Virus record (IMG/VR): IMGVR_UViG_2767802493_000005 | Coordinates: 1,868-65,867 of that record | Strand: one strand, 5' to 3' | Source: a virus | Lineage: Duplodnaviria; Caudoviricetes | DNA length: 64,000 nt | In this document: positions 23,815 through 32,276 of the stretch, one piece after another | How positions within the stretch are numbered: position 1 is the stretch's first letter | Layout of the letters: each line of letters begins with the position of its first letter | Program-made: the position numbers and the translations under genes | Notes under the pieces: model-generated | The model's database searches: none | Told to the model about the DNA's origin: nothing | What the model saw: only the letters and a program-made list of their open reading frames with translations

Positions 23815-24069
23815 GTGAGCATCAAAGAGCAGATCACAACGGACCTGGCGGTCGCAGGTTCGAAGATCGGAGCGGTTGTGAGCGTCACCGCTGCGACCTA
23901 CTCGCCGGGTTACACCCTCAGCGACTGGGCCCTGATCGGCACGATCATCTTCACCACCGTCCAGACCTTCACCGTCATGGTGAAGAACTGGGGTGACTGG
24001 TCGGCCTGGTGGACCGCCCGCATGGGTACAGCAAGGCGATTCTGGGCGTGGATCCGCCGCCGTGGCTGA
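23815..24069 (+). CDS. Holin (probable pinholin)
   Basis: GTG start with GGGGGA RBS, two hydrophobic segments, basic C-terminus, precedes the endolysin. Confidence 0.75.
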   Translation: MSIKEQITTDLAVAGSKIGAVVSVTAATYSPGYTLSDWALIGTIIFTTVQTFTVMVKNWGDWSAWWTARMGTARRFWAWIRRRG

Positions 24070-24604
24070 CACCAAGCTCAGCACCAAGCAGCGCGTCGGC
24101 TTCGCTGCCGCACCGCTGGTGCTGATCGGCGCGCTGGTCGCCGCCCTGGGCGCGAACGATTCGGCCCACGAGGGGCGCCGGTATACGGCGTACTACGATT
24201 CGGCCGGCATCCTGACCGTCTGCGCCGGCATCACCGGCCCGGCGGTGGTGAAGGGTAAGCGCTACACCGACGAGGAGTGCACCAGGCTGGAGACGGCCTA
24301 TGTGCGCACCATGCTCGGCCACATGGGGCAGTGCGTCCGCGGTGAGTTCGAATTCCACGAGATCAAGGCCTGGGGCCACTTCGCCTACAACATTGGCACC
24401 TCGGCATTCTGCGCCAGCACCGCGGCGAAGCGGCTCAACGCCGGCGAGCGCCAAGCTGCATGCACCGAAATGTGGAAGTGGCGGTACGTCACGATCGGCG
24501 GCGCCAAGCGTGACTGCGCGCTGCCGCAGTGGAGCTCGAAGTGTGGCGGCATCATCGATCGCCGGCAGTGGGAAATGGCCACGTGCCAAGGCCGCCTGCA
24601 GTGA
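24062..24604 (+). CDS. SAR endolysin, T4-lysozyme (GH24) family
   Basis: Gly/Ala-rich N-terminal TM; catalytic E-x8-D-x5-T (HEGRRYTAYYDSAGILT). Confidence 0.9.
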   Translation: MADTKLSTKQRVGFAAAPLVLIGALVAALGANDSAHEGRRYTAYYDSAGILTVCAGITGPAVVKGKRYTDEECTRLETAYVRTMLGHMGQCVRGEFEFHEIKAWGHFAYNIGTSAFCASTAAKRLNAGERQAACTEMWKWRYVTIGGAKRDCALPQWSSKCGGIIDRRQWEMATCQGRLQ

Positions 24605-24975
24605 TCACCTCATCGGCCGTCTCTGCCTGGTGGGCAGCCTGGAAGTGGGTTGCCATCCTGGCCGGCCTGCTGAGCCTGTCGCTCTGGCTCAACGTCAGGC
24701 AGTACGGCGATCGCCGGGAGGCTGCAGCTGCAGCCCGGGCCGCCACCCTCGAAGACACGCTCGAGGTGACAGCCGGAATCGCGCGCCAGGCTCAGTCCGA
24801 CAGTGGCCAGCTCCTGCAGCGCCTGGAGGCGATGGCCGCGCGCGGTGAGCGGACCCGAACCGTCTATCGAGCAGCAGCTGCCGCGCAGCCGCTGCCAGCC
24901 AACTGCGCCCCGGGTCAGGCCCGGGTCGACGCCATCAACCAGGCCCTCGGGCCGACCAGCAGGACCACGAAGTGA
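24601..24975 (+). CDS. Inner-membrane spanin (Rz-like)
   Basis: N-terminal TM followed by an Ala-rich coiled coil, after the endolysin. Confidence 0.75.
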   Translation: MITSSAVSAWWAAWKWVAILAGLLSLSLWLNVRQYGDRREAAAAARAATLEDTLEVTAGIARQAQSDSGQLLQRLEAMAARGERTRTVYRAAAAAQPLPANCAPGQARVDAINQALGPTSRTTK

Positions 24976-25301
24976 ACCAGAAGCCCTCCATCGGACGGAT
25001 CGTCCACTACACCCTGAGTGACACCGACGCGGTCCGCATCAATGCACGCCGTACCGATGGCCCGGCCATCCAGGAGAGATTGCTCGACAACACCTGGCCG
25101 GTGGGCGCCCAGGCGCACATCGGCAACAGGACCGCTGGCGGTGACGTGCTGCCCGCCCTGATTGTGGCGGTTCAACCCAACGGCCAGGTCAATGCCCAGG
25201 TGTTCCTGGATGGCAACGACGTGCTGTGGGTCACCAGCCGGGACGAGGCCAGCGAGGAATCCGGCAGCCACCCTGGTCGCTGGCACTGGCCGCAGCGCTA
25301 A
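24972..25301 (+). CDS. Conserved phage hypothetical protein
   Basis: KPSIGRIVHY..PALIVAV..VNAQVFLDG..GRWHWP. Confidence 0.7.
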   Translation: MNQKPSIGRIVHYTLSDTDAVRINARRTDGPAIQERLLDNTWPVGAQAHIGNRTAGGDVLPALIVAVQPNGQVNAQVFLDGNDVLWVTSRDEASEESGSHPGRWHWPQR

Positions 25302-25305
25302 CACT

Positions 25306-25602
25306 ATGCCGCCGCGCCAGCTTCTTCCGATCGCGGCACTGATCCTGCTGACCGGTTGCGCACAGCACCTGCAGCGTGTTCCGGCGCAGTGCGACGCGAT
25401 GTGCTTCCGCCCGTGCGTCGATGCCGGCGAAGACACCGGCGTGCGTGTGACTGCAGATCCTGGTGCCGCAGACGCCTGGGACAACATCGGCGGGGATGTG
25501 GTTGGCCAGCTGGCCGACAAGCTCCGCACCTGCGACGTCCGACGGAGGGCCTGCGAACAGTGCCTGCGCCGGCTCGACGCCAAGAACGTAATCCAGCTTT
25601 GA
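25306..25602 (+). CDS. Outer-membrane lipoprotein, probable o-spanin (Rz1-like)
   Basis: Lipobox LLTG-C; Cys-rich; follows Rz. Confidence 0.65.
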   Translation: MPPRQLLPIAALILLTGCAQHLQRVPAQCDAMCFRPCVDAGEDTGVRVTADPGAADAWDNIGGDVVGQLADKLRTCDVRRRACEQCLRRLDAKNVIQL

Positions 25603-25631
25603 GCGCCATCCCGGCGCAGGAGGAGAGCAGC

Positions 25632-25916
25632 ATGTTGAACCAGCAAGCCGGTACGAACACTCTGGCGGATCCTCAGTCCCCGATCGAATCCGCGGTAAAG
25701 GATCTGGCGCGCACCAACCAGGATCTGCATATCGCTGTCGAGCAGCTGGCGCGTCGCCTCGCGCCTGTGTTGGCGGAGTGCAAGTCCGACGCATCTGCAC
25801 CAACGGGACGCCCCATTGGCATCTCGCCGCTGCTCGAGGACCTGTTTCAGCAGAGGGACGCATCGGTGGCCACCCTTGACGTCATCAACGCGCTGCACGC
25901 TCAGCTGACCCTGTGA
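25632..25916 (+). CDS. Hypothetical coiled-coil protein
   Basis: AGGAG upstream of MLNQQAG. Confidence 0.55.
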   Translation: MLNQQAGTNTLADPQSPIESAVKDLARTNQDLHIAVEQLARRLAPVLAECKSDASAPTGRPIGISPLLEDLFQQRDASVATLDVINALHAQLTL

Positions 25917-26317
25917 GCCGGACACCCGCCAGCTTCAGCCTCACGGTCGTGCGCGGCGCGACGTGGGAGGACGATTTCACCTACACGAACCCGGATGGGA
26001 GCCCGTTCGACCTGACTGGCTACCAGGCGCGGATGCAGGTGCGGACGCTGGCGGGCCAGTTCGGGCTGACCCAGGCCGACACCCTGGTGCTGGAGCTCAG
26101 CACTGCGGCCGGCTCGCTCGTCATCGCGGAACCAGAGAACGGCGTGGTCGCGATCACCGTGCCGGCGGCGGACACCGAGGCGCTGAACCCGGCGAATGCG
26201 CGCAAGGTGAAGCTCTGCTACAGCCTGGAGCTGTTCAAGCCGGCAGGCGCGGATCCGGAGTACGTCATCCCGCTAGTGGCCGGCAAGGTCACTGTCCAGG
26301 GCGAGACGACACGCTGA
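25913..26317 (+). CDS. Fibre-attachment-type (BppU-N-like) structural protein
   Basis: LTVVRGATWEDDF..PFDLTGYQARMQVR..YSLEL..GKVTV. Confidence 0.65.
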   Translation: MSRTPASFSLTVVRGATWEDDFTYTNPDGSPFDLTGYQARMQVRTLAGQFGLTQADTLVLELSTAAGSLVIAEPENGVVAITVPAADTEALNPANARKVKLCYSLELFKPAGADPEYVIPLVAGKVTVQGETTR

Positions 26318-26865
26318 TGCCTGTGATTCGAGCCAGCGAGGGCGCGGCGCGCGTGATCGTGGTCGAGCGCCGCGGCGCCGTCGCCATCCGCGATCCCCGC
26401 ACTCCGATCGTGGCCACGGCGCGGCCGATCCAGGTCGAGGCAATCCAGGCGGACACGCGGACGGTTGAGGTTGCAGCGCGCGGCGGGCAGGGCCCAGCAG
26501 GTCCGGCCGGCCGCGATGGAACGTCGCCGGAAGCCACGTACCCAGTCGGTCAGCCGATCCATGGTCACCGCGTGGTCCGCCTGGACAAAGGCAAGGCCTA
26601 CCACCCGGACACGGCCGTGCTGGAACACGCGCAGGCCTGCATCGGCATCGCCCTTCAGTCGGCCACCACAGGCGAAGTCGCGGTGCGCCTGGCCGGCACG
26701 ATTGAGGAAGCCAGCTGGAGCTGGCATGACGGCGCGGTCTGGTGCGGCGTCGACGGTGCGCTGACCCAGGCCCCAGGCACAGCCGGGTGGCTGTTGTGCG
26801 TTGGCCGGGCGCTCAACGCCACCACCCTGATGATCGACTTCGACTCACCCATCGCCCGGATCTGA
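26317..26865 (+). CDS. Structural or decoration protein with a short collagen-like GXY run
   Basis: RGGQGPAGPAGRDG then IGIALQSATTGEVAVRLAG. Confidence 0.6.
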   Translation: MPVIRASEGAARVIVVERRGAVAIRDPRTPIVATARPIQVEAIQADTRTVEVAARGGQGPAGPAGRDGTSPEATYPVGQPIHGHRVVRLDKGKAYHPDTAVLEHAQACIGIALQSATTGEVAVRLAGTIEEASWSWHDGAVWCGVDGALTQAPGTAGWLLCVGRALNATTLMIDFDSPIARI

Positions 26866-26869
26866 ACCC

Positions 26870-27397
26870 ATGGCCGACAAGACCCTGCAGCTCAAGAACA
26901 ACATCACCACCGAGGTCGAAGGCGTCACCGCGTCAGCTGGTGCTGCCGATGCCGGCAAGATCGCGGCCCTGGGCCCGGACGGCCGCTTCGACGACTCGCT
27001 GCTGCCTGCCGGCATTGGCGCCGACACCAAGATCTATCCGGCCAGCGAGGTGCTGGCCGCCGGCGACTACGTGAACATCTGGGACGATGCCGGCACGGCC
27101 AAGGTGCGCAAGGCCGATGCCAGCGCTGCCAACGCCGGCAAGCGCGCCCATGGCTTCGTGCGAGCTGGCGTCGGCACCATTGGCAGTGACGCCACCGTGT
27201 ACTTCGAAGGGCCGAACAGCTCGCTTTCGGGGCTGACCCCGGGCGCGACCTACGTACTGAGCCACACCACCCCGGGCGGCGTGGTGCCTCTGGCTTCGGG
27301 CACCACGACGGCGGGCCACATCCTGCAGATCCTGGGCGTGGCCACCGACGTGGGCGAGATCAACGCCGAGATCGGCACTCCGGTGGTCAGGGCCTGA
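26870..27397 (+). CDS. Virion fibre or decoration protein
   Basis: AGAADAGKIAALGPDGRFD..LAAGDYVNIW..VRKADA..AHGFV..VYFEG. Confidence 0.65.
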   Translation: MADKTLQLKNNITTEVEGVTASAGAADAGKIAALGPDGRFDDSLLPAGIGADTKIYPASEVLAAGDYVNIWDDAGTAKVRKADASAANAGKRAHGFVRAGVGTIGSDATVYFEGPNSSLSGLTPGATYVLSHTTPGGVVPLASGTTTAGHILQILGVATDVGEINAEIGTPVVRA

Positions 27398-27398
27398 T

Positions 27399-27602
27399 AT
27401 GGCGGCGCGACGTCCGCTTGTCCTCGACGAGAGCAACCGTACGAGGGAACTGCCCGTCAGTGACATCCTGGTTGGTGTTCCGCTCCAGCTCGCGGTCGGG
27501 CTCCGGGCTGGTGGGGTGTTCAACGTCGCCCTGTCCTCGACCTACACGATGACGATCGGCCTGCGCGCAGGCGGCACGTTCGACGTACAGGCGACTACCT
27601 GA
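27399..27602 (+). CDS. Small virion protein
   Basis: MAARRPLVL resembles the N-terminus of the next gene (MALRTPLIL). Confidence 0.55.
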   Translation: MAARRPLVLDESNRTRELPVSDILVGVPLQLAVGLRAGGVFNVALSSTYTMTIGLRAGGTFDVQATT

Positions 27603-28684
27603 TGGCACTGCGCACTCCACTGATCCTCAACCAGAGCACAGGGCGTATTGAAGAGCTTGCGGCTGGCGATACGCTTTTCGGCAACTATGTCGAAGGTTTG
27701 GTCGGCCAGAACCGACTGATCAACGGTACGATGCGGTGGTGGCAGCGCGGCACTAGCTTCACGTCTCCGGGGTACTCTGCCGACCGCTGGTATTTCAACG
27801 CTGCAGGCGTCAACACGCCCAGTTTGTCGCGCAACCCGATTACGGCGGGAAGCGTAGACACCGAGTGCATTTATTTCGCCAAAATCGCCTACGGCACCAT
27901 CACGGACGCAGCGAACCACTACGTTGTGCTGGAGCAGCGGATCGAGAACGTCACCACGCTCGCGGGTCGCACGGTTACGGTGAGCTTCAAGGTATTCAAC
28001 AGCGGATCCGCTGGCCGCCAAATTGCTGTAGAACTCGGCCAGTTCTTCGGAGCCAGCGGTAGCGCGCAGGTTTCAGGTATCGGCGCGGCAAAGTACAGCC
28101 TTGCAGCGGGCCTCAACACCATTACACACACCGCACAGCTCCCGTCCATCAGCGGGAAGACCGTCGGCGCCAACAGCTCAGTGGTTCTCACCCTTTGGGC
28201 GTCGGGCGGCAGCAACTTCAACGCGCGCAACGCATCGCTCGGCGCGCAAACCGGCGACGTGCACTTCACGCAGGTGCAGTTGGAGGCAGGTTCTTCAGCA
28301 AGCGCATTTGACTATCGATCGGATGCGCTGGAGCTGGCGCTGTGCCAGCGTTACTACGAAAAGAGTTACAACGCCGATACGCCTCCTGCGACAGTAACGA
28401 CGGTCGGCCAAGTAGCGTTCTTCCAGTATGGCCTACCCAATACTAACTACGCGGGAGGCATGACCACCGCGTTCAAGGTAAGCAAGCGCGCGGACCCCTC
28501 CATTACGCTGTTCAGTCCGCTAACGGGGGCGACAGGTAAACTTCACAACGCTGGCAACGCCAATGACGTCAATGGCAGCGCGACGGACATTGGGCAGAGC
28601 GGGTTCTTTGCGCAGAGCGCGTCCTTTGGCCCAACCAATACAATCAATCTACGCTGGCAATGGGCAGCTGACGCGGAGCTTTAG
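27602..28684 (+). CDS. Tail fibre / receptor-binding protein with a carbohydrate-binding-like domain
   Basis: NRLINGTMRWWQRG..ADRW..TLAGRTVTVSF..QVQLEAG..F..R..ELALCQRYYEK. Confidence 0.8.
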   Translation: MALRTPLILNQSTGRIEELAAGDTLFGNYVEGLVGQNRLINGTMRWWQRGTSFTSPGYSADRWYFNAAGVNTPSLSRNPITAGSVDTECIYFAKIAYGTITDAANHYVVLEQRIENVTTLAGRTVTVSFKVFNSGSAGRQIAVELGQFFGASGSAQVSGIGAAKYSLAAGLNTITHTAQLPSISGKTVGANSSVVLTLWASGGSNFNARNASLGAQTGDVHFTQVQLEAGSSASAFDYRSDALELALCQRYYEKSYNADTPPATVTTVGQVAFFQYGLPNTNYAGGMTTAFKVSKRADPSITLFSPLTGATGKLHNAGNANDVNGSATDIGQSGFFAQSASFGPTNTINLRWQWAADAEL

Positions 28685-28686
28685 CC

Positions 28687-29151
28687 ATGTACCGACTTAC
28701 CGAAAGCCCCGATGTGCTGTTCTGTCTTGAAACCGGAGCGTTCGTTCCGCGGGGCCACTACCTCTGGCCGACCGAGTGGCTGAAGGCGAACACTCCTTTG
28801 CCGATTCTGCCGCCGTATGAACCCAACACTCCAGAGCATCACCGCGCTATTCGCGACGCAGCGTGGGCTTGGATGACCAGCGTTGTCCAGGCGCGCCAGT
28901 ACGACAGCGTCGAGAGTTGCGTGGGGTACTACAACAGCGGCGTGGAGCGCTACCGGTTGGAAGCCCACGCAATGGTGGCCTGGCGTGACGCCGTGAACGA
29001 AAAGCTGATAGCCCTGGTATTGGATCCGCCGCCGGGAGTCGTGACATGGCCGCAGGTAAAGGCACTGTTGCCGCAGCCATCCCAGTTCAACTGGCCGTCT
29101 ACTGTCGAACTCCCGCTCGGGGTAGGTGACGGCCCCGCAGTGCAACTTTGA
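28687..29151 (+). CDS. Tail fibre assembly chaperone (DUF4376-like)
   Basis: QARQYDSVESCVGY..EAHAMVAWRDAV..LPQP..WP. Confidence 0.75.
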   Translation: MYRLTESPDVLFCLETGAFVPRGHYLWPTEWLKANTPLPILPPYEPNTPEHHRAIRDAAWAWMTSVVQARQYDSVESCVGYYNSGVERYRLEAHAMVAWRDAVNEKLIALVLDPPPGVVTWPQVKALLPQPSQFNWPSTVELPLGVGDGPAVQL

Positions 29152-29175
29152 TCCAATCTGAGAGGAACCCAGCCA

Positions 29176-29784
29176 GTGGCCGGAAAGATTGACCCGGCGA
29201 CGGGGCTGCAGGACCAGCAACGGCGGTTCGCGGACGAGTACCTGGTCGATTTCAATGGCACCGCGGCCTACATGCGCGCCGGCTACAAGGCCACCGGTGC
29301 CGCGGCCAGCGCCGCCGCTGCGAGGCTGCTGGCCAACCCCAAGGTGCAGGCCTACCTGGCCAGCAGGAAGGAAGAGCTGCTGCTGTCGCAGCGGGTCGAT
29401 CAGGAAGCGGTGCTTGCCCGGCTGGCCTTCATGGCGCTGGGTGACATCCGCACCCTGTTCGATCAGCACGGCAACCTGAAGCCGATGAGCGAGCTCACGG
29501 CGGAAGAGGCCAGCCTGGTCCAGGGTGTGGAGGTGTTCGAAGAGTGGGAGGGGCGAGGCGACGAACGGCGCGCAGTCGGCCTGACCAAGAAGATCAAGCT
29601 GGTCAGTCGCCTCGATGCGGTGAAGACCTTGGGCACGCACTTCGGCATGTTCGCCAAGAAGGTCGAGCACACCGGCAAGAATGGTGGTCCGATCGAGAGC
29701 CAGACGCGGATCCTGGGCGACGTGATGGATCTCATCGACGGGTCCGACACCGGCCCAGGGCCTTCGAGCTCGCGGAGCAAGTAA
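29176..29784 (+). CDS. terS: Terminase small subunit
   Basis: QQRRFADEYLVDFNGTAAYMRAGY..AARLLANPKV. Confidence 0.92.
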   Translation: MAGKIDPATGLQDQQRRFADEYLVDFNGTAAYMRAGYKATGAAASAAAARLLANPKVQAYLASRKEELLLSQRVDQEAVLARLAFMALGDIRTLFDQHGNLKPMSELTAEEASLVQGVEVFEEWEGRGDERRAVGLTKKIKLVSRLDAVKTLGTHFGMFAKKVEHTGKNGGPIESQTRILGDVMDLIDGSDTGPGPSSSRSK

Positions 29785-29787
29785 GTC

Positions 29788-31341
29788 GTGCAGGAACTGA
29801 GCGACCAGGACGCCAGCCGAATCATCGAGAAGCTGGGCGATAGGTGGTGGCGGCTGAACAACCTGTACTACATCACCGACAAGTTCGGTCGGCGGGTGCA
29901 GTTCAAGCTGAACGAGGTGCAGGCAGACCTCGACGACAACCTGCACACGTTGAACCTGGCGCTGAAGTCGCGCCAGCACGGCATCACGACCTGGGCCTGC
30001 ATCCGGGCCCTGGACATGGCGCTGTTCAAGAAGAACACCAAGGCCGGCGTCGTCGCCCACACCGCCGGGGACGCCGCCAAGTTCTTCCGCAGCAAGGTGC
30101 TCTACGCCTACGACAACCTGCCGGACTGGTTGAAGAAGATCCGTCCGGCCGTCCGCCGGGACATGCGCGACGGCGTCCTCGAGCTGGCCAATGGCTCCAG
30201 CATCGAGGTCTCGGTGTCCCACCGTGGCGGCACGCTGACGTTCCTGCATATCTCCGAGTACGGCCCGATGTGCGCCATGTACCCGGAGCGGGCGGGAGAG
30301 GTCGCATCGGGTGCACTGAACGCGATCGCCTCCGGCAACATCGTGGTGATCGAGTCGACCGCCTACGGCGCCGCAGGCGACTTCTACGAGCGCTGCCAGA
30401 CAGCGATCGAGCTGGACCGGCAGATCCGCGCCGGCACGGCCAAGCTGACGGCGATGGACTACCGCTTCCACTTCTATCCGTGGTTCCGGGATCCGATCAA
30501 CGAGCTCGACCCGGACGGCGTCACGCTCACCGCCGAGGATGAGGCCTACTTCGCCAAGGTCGAGGCGGAGATGCACTACACGCTGCGGCCTGAGCAGAAG
30601 GCCTGGTACGTCAAGAAGGCGGCCGAGCAGCGCGACAAGATGAAGCGGGAACACCCCAGCACGCCGGAGGAGGCATTCCAGGCGAGCACCGAGGGTGCGT
30701 ACTACGGCAAGGAAATGGCCGCCGCCGACAGCAGCGGACGGATCACCGATCTGCCGATCAACCCGCAGGTGCCCATCCACACCTTCTGGGACATCGGCCG
30801 CAGTGACGCGACGAGCATCTGGTTCATGCAGGAGAACGGCCCCTGGCTGGACTTCGTCGACTTCTACGAGAACTCCGGCTTCGGCGTGGCGCACTACGCC
30901 AAGGTGCTAAAGGAGCGCGGCTACCTGTACGGCAAGCACTACTGGCCGCACGACGGTGCCAATGAAGACTGGTCCGCCAACGAGAACCGGGTGCAGGTCG
31001 CCGGCAAGCTGGGGGTCAAGCCGATTGTGGTGGTGCCCCGGATCAATGACATCACCGAGGGCATCGACATGGTGCGCAACATGCTGCCGCGCTGCCGGTT
31101 CGACAGGGTCCGGTGCGGCCCGCCCAAGGCAGGCGAGGGCCGCGGAGGGCTGGAAGCCCTGCGGCGCTACACCAAGGTCTGGAACGAAAAGACCGAAACC
31201 TACTCCGACCTCCCATTCCACAACTGGGCCAGTAACCCTGCCGACGCGTTCCGGCAGGCAGCCCAGGGCTACGTCAGCAGCAGCGGCCGCCGTGTTGGTG
31301 AGTCGCGCGGCATGGCCAACGACAACTGGAGAACCGCATGA
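29788..31341 (+). CDS. terL: Terminase large subunit
   Basis: LALKSRQHGITT, LHISE, VIESTAYG; nuclease TFWDIG..DATSIW, HNWASNPADAFR. Confidence 0.92.
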   Translation: MQELSDQDASRIIEKLGDRWWRLNNLYYITDKFGRRVQFKLNEVQADLDDNLHTLNLALKSRQHGITTWACIRALDMALFKKNTKAGVVAHTAGDAAKFFRSKVLYAYDNLPDWLKKIRPAVRRDMRDGVLELANGSSIEVSVSHRGGTLTFLHISEYGPMCAMYPERAGEVASGALNAIASGNIVVIESTAYGAAGDFYERCQTAIELDRQIRAGTAKLTAMDYRFHFYPWFRDPINELDPDGVTLTAEDEAYFAKVEAEMHYTLRPEQKAWYVKKAAEQRDKMKREHPSTPEEAFQASTEGAYYGKEMAAADSSGRITDLPINPQVPIHTFWDIGRSDATSIWFMQENGPWLDFVDFYENSGFGVAHYAKVLKERGYLYGKHYWPHDGANEDWSANENRVQVAGKLGVKPIVVVPRINDITEGIDMVRNMLPRCRFDRVRCGPPKAGEGRGGLEALRRYTKVWNEKTETYSDLPFHNWASNPADAFRQAAQGYVSSSGRRVGESRGMANDNWRTA

Positions 31342-31616
31342 ACGTTTCCCCGCGCGAGCGGAACAAACCCACCTCGGTCGAGCTGGTCGACCTGCTGTCG
31401 CTGCTGGTGGCTGCAGCAGATGAAGGGCAACTGGTAAGCGTCGCTTTCATGTTGCGATCGCCGGAGGGCGACACGATGGTCGACTACCGCGGCAGCCACG
31501 AGCTGAGCGAGCTCACTGCTCGCACCGTCTTGCAGCGCATTGCCCAGGACGTTGCCGGCCCCCATCCGGCGATCGCCGCCCAGATCGCCTCCGACCTCGC
31601 CAGGAAGGCGAACTGA
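31338..31616 (+). CDS. Hypothetical protein
   Basis: ATGA-coupled to terL. Confidence 0.55.
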   Translation: MNVSPRERNKPTSVELVDLLSLLVAAADEGQLVSVAFMLRSPEGDTMVDYRGSHELSELTARTVLQRIAQDVAGPHPAIAAQIASDLARKAN

Positions 31617-31617
31617 C

Positions 31618-31806
31618 GTGGAAGACCGTGACGTCGAGCAGCTTGCCATCCACCTGCAGCAGGCCCGCGCCTACGCGCGTTACCTGCCAGGGGGCGAGAA
31701 CCACGGCAGCCTGGTCGAGGACCACGTCCTGTCACCGGACCAGGCGGTAGCAGCGGTAGTGGAAGAGCTGGACGCAGCCCTGGAGCTGCTGGGAGCTGAG
31801 GCATGA
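31618..31806 (+). CDS. Hypothetical protein
   Basis: GTG start after AGGAAGG; coupled to the next gene. Confidence 0.5.
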   Translation: MEDRDVEQLAIHLQQARAYARYLPGGENHGSLVEDHVLSPDQAVAAVVEELDAALELLGAEA

Positions 31807-32276
31807 GCGCCGAGGTCGAGCTCGCGCCAGATGGCTTCGTGTGGTGTGGCAAGAAGGGAGACCTCACCCTGTACCTGACCCACATCGTGCGCGATGGCGA
31901 CGACGACGCGGCCCTTTACATCCGGAACGAAAACCGCCGCGTCGAAGGTGTGAACCCTGTGACCGGGATGATCGCCTATGGCAGCCCGGCCTACCTCGTG
32001 CCGTTCCGCGACTTCTGGATCTTCCGGCCGGAGGACAGGGATCGGGGCCGGCACCACCACATCGGCGACATGGTCGCCCGCCTGCAGAACGCCTCGGTTG
32101 CCCTCTACGGCCTGGACGTCCCCGCCTACCGGCACCGCATTCACGACGCCATCCTCGAATTCTGCGACGACGTGAAGAACCTGCGGCCGCCGACGGAGCA
32201 GACCCGGGAGCAGTGGCTCGCCGAGATGGCCCGGATGGGGATCCAGATCAAGATCAACGGGCAGAAGGTGAACTGA
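31803..32276 (+). CDS. Hypothetical protein
   Basis: Coupled ORF immediately before the portal. Confidence 0.6.
   Translation: MSAEVELAPDGFVWCGKKGDLTLYLTHIVRDGDDDAALYIRNENRRVEGVNPVTGMIAYGSPAYLVPFRDFWIFRPEDRDRGRHHHIGDMVARLQNASVALYGLDVPAYRHRIHDAILEFCDDVKNLRPPTEQTREQWLAEMARMGIQIKINGQKVN

Noticed and set aside
27602-29151. Diversity-generating retroelement acting on the tail fibre
   Set aside because: No reverse transcriptase and no second copy (TR) of the fibre 3' end was seen.
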